From Phoronis australis (Eukaryota > Animalia > Phoronida), in assembly GCA_002633005.1 (NCBI GenBank), contig NMRA01000117.1:415731-479730 (forward strand): a DNA stretch of 64,000 nucleotides, read 5' to 3'. This document shows, in pieces, positions 63,101 to 64,000 of this stretch. Within the stretch, counting starts at the first letter, position 1. Each line of letters begins with the position of its first letter. The notes below the pieces were generated by a model that was not told the origin of the DNA, searched no databases, and saw only the letters and a list, made by a program, of their open reading frames with translations. Both the position numbers and the translations under genes were made by a program.

Positions 63101-64000
63101 CTGCACCATAATCTGTGTAAAATGCAAATGGCTTTTCAAATAGATTGAACGCGTGTTTTTATATGCTTGTCACAACATCTCAAGATCGAATACCAATTTC
63201 CAACAATTTCAGCTCCAATGTTCGATACACAGCGCCTTTAAGGGGACCAGGGCAAAGTATTAGCCAGGATTAGTCCCGTCAGAAAGTCCCACCCCCGAAC
63301 TGCCAATAGTATCTGAAAGAATTTTAGGGGGGATATGGCCCCTTCCCCCAAAAAAATTGTTTGGTACAAAGTTTTTTAAGAGATTACTTTTAAAAACCAA
63401 TTAAAATGTGCTGTACACAGTTAATGTTTAGAGTAAATGAAATTTGAACTAAAAGATATTATTTCTTCGTCTTTGTCTCTAAGCACCTTGCTTAAAATTA
63501 TGTAAATTACACGTTTCTCCGATTACCAGCATTTTAATAACCAGTCAAAAATAATAAAAAATGAAGAAGTAACAGTTTAGTAAGAAAGAGATTTAAAAGA
63601 CAAAGACAATGCGCACCTTGTCCACTAACCGAACATATAAGTTAACTAAAACATAACTATCTGATGTTTCTTTGTTATGCTTTCACGCCGATTGTTCAAA
63701 AAGGTACTCGCAGCTCAAACTGAAAAATGTCTTCTCATCTCGCCAGAAAAACAGCGGAATAACGTTTTTTGAACGATACTCTTTTCACGGTGCATTAATT
63801 CCCCTGACTGTCCCCAATGAGAATCTGACGAGACTGGCTTCTTGCCATCGAGTAGAATTAAAGGGCTGAATTTCGCCTTGTTTGGTTGACCATAAACGAA
63901 AATCAATTTAGGACTTTTTTACTCTCATAAAATCGGCCTCATAATATTCTTAAGCTTGATAAGATTCTATTTCTGTTATCAAAAAGAATATCAAATCCAT

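Noticed and set aside
62640-63300. Possible TTAA-type element ends around 63231-63255
   Set aside because: Could not identify matching partner termini within the window

Overview
AT-rich, intron-rich animal (invertebrate, probably lophotrochozoan-like) genomic DNA with two N-gaps. It is not prokaryotic, and most ORFs in the supplied track are spurious. Three spliced protein-coding genes can be built by hand. (1) A + strand FkbM/Methyltransf_21-type SAM methyltransferase with an N-terminal hydrophobic anchor (9717/9781-10494 + 11319-11608). (2) A - strand L-xylulose reductase/DCXR-like short-chain dehydrogenase with five coding exons (24825-20133). I could not find its 3' exons in the window, so the methyltransferase probably sits antisense inside one of its introns. 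(3) A + strand 514-aa protein with an unrecognised N-terminal helical domain and C-terminal ankyrin repeats (33933-50241, four coding exons), head-to-head with DCXR. The rest is mostly non-autonomous transposons: CCGTA-ended TA-TSD (Tc2-like) elements; TTAA-flanked Kolobok-like elements with a THAP relic; five small elements with 5-bp TSDs; a long-TIR element with a 9-bp TSD in an apparent same-target tandem array; LINE 3' fragments; tRNA-headed SINE relics; Helentron/DINE-like repeats with CTCF-like motifs; and several minisatellites. A 1.66-kb tandem duplication around a single N at 26250 is probably an assembly (haplotype) artefact.
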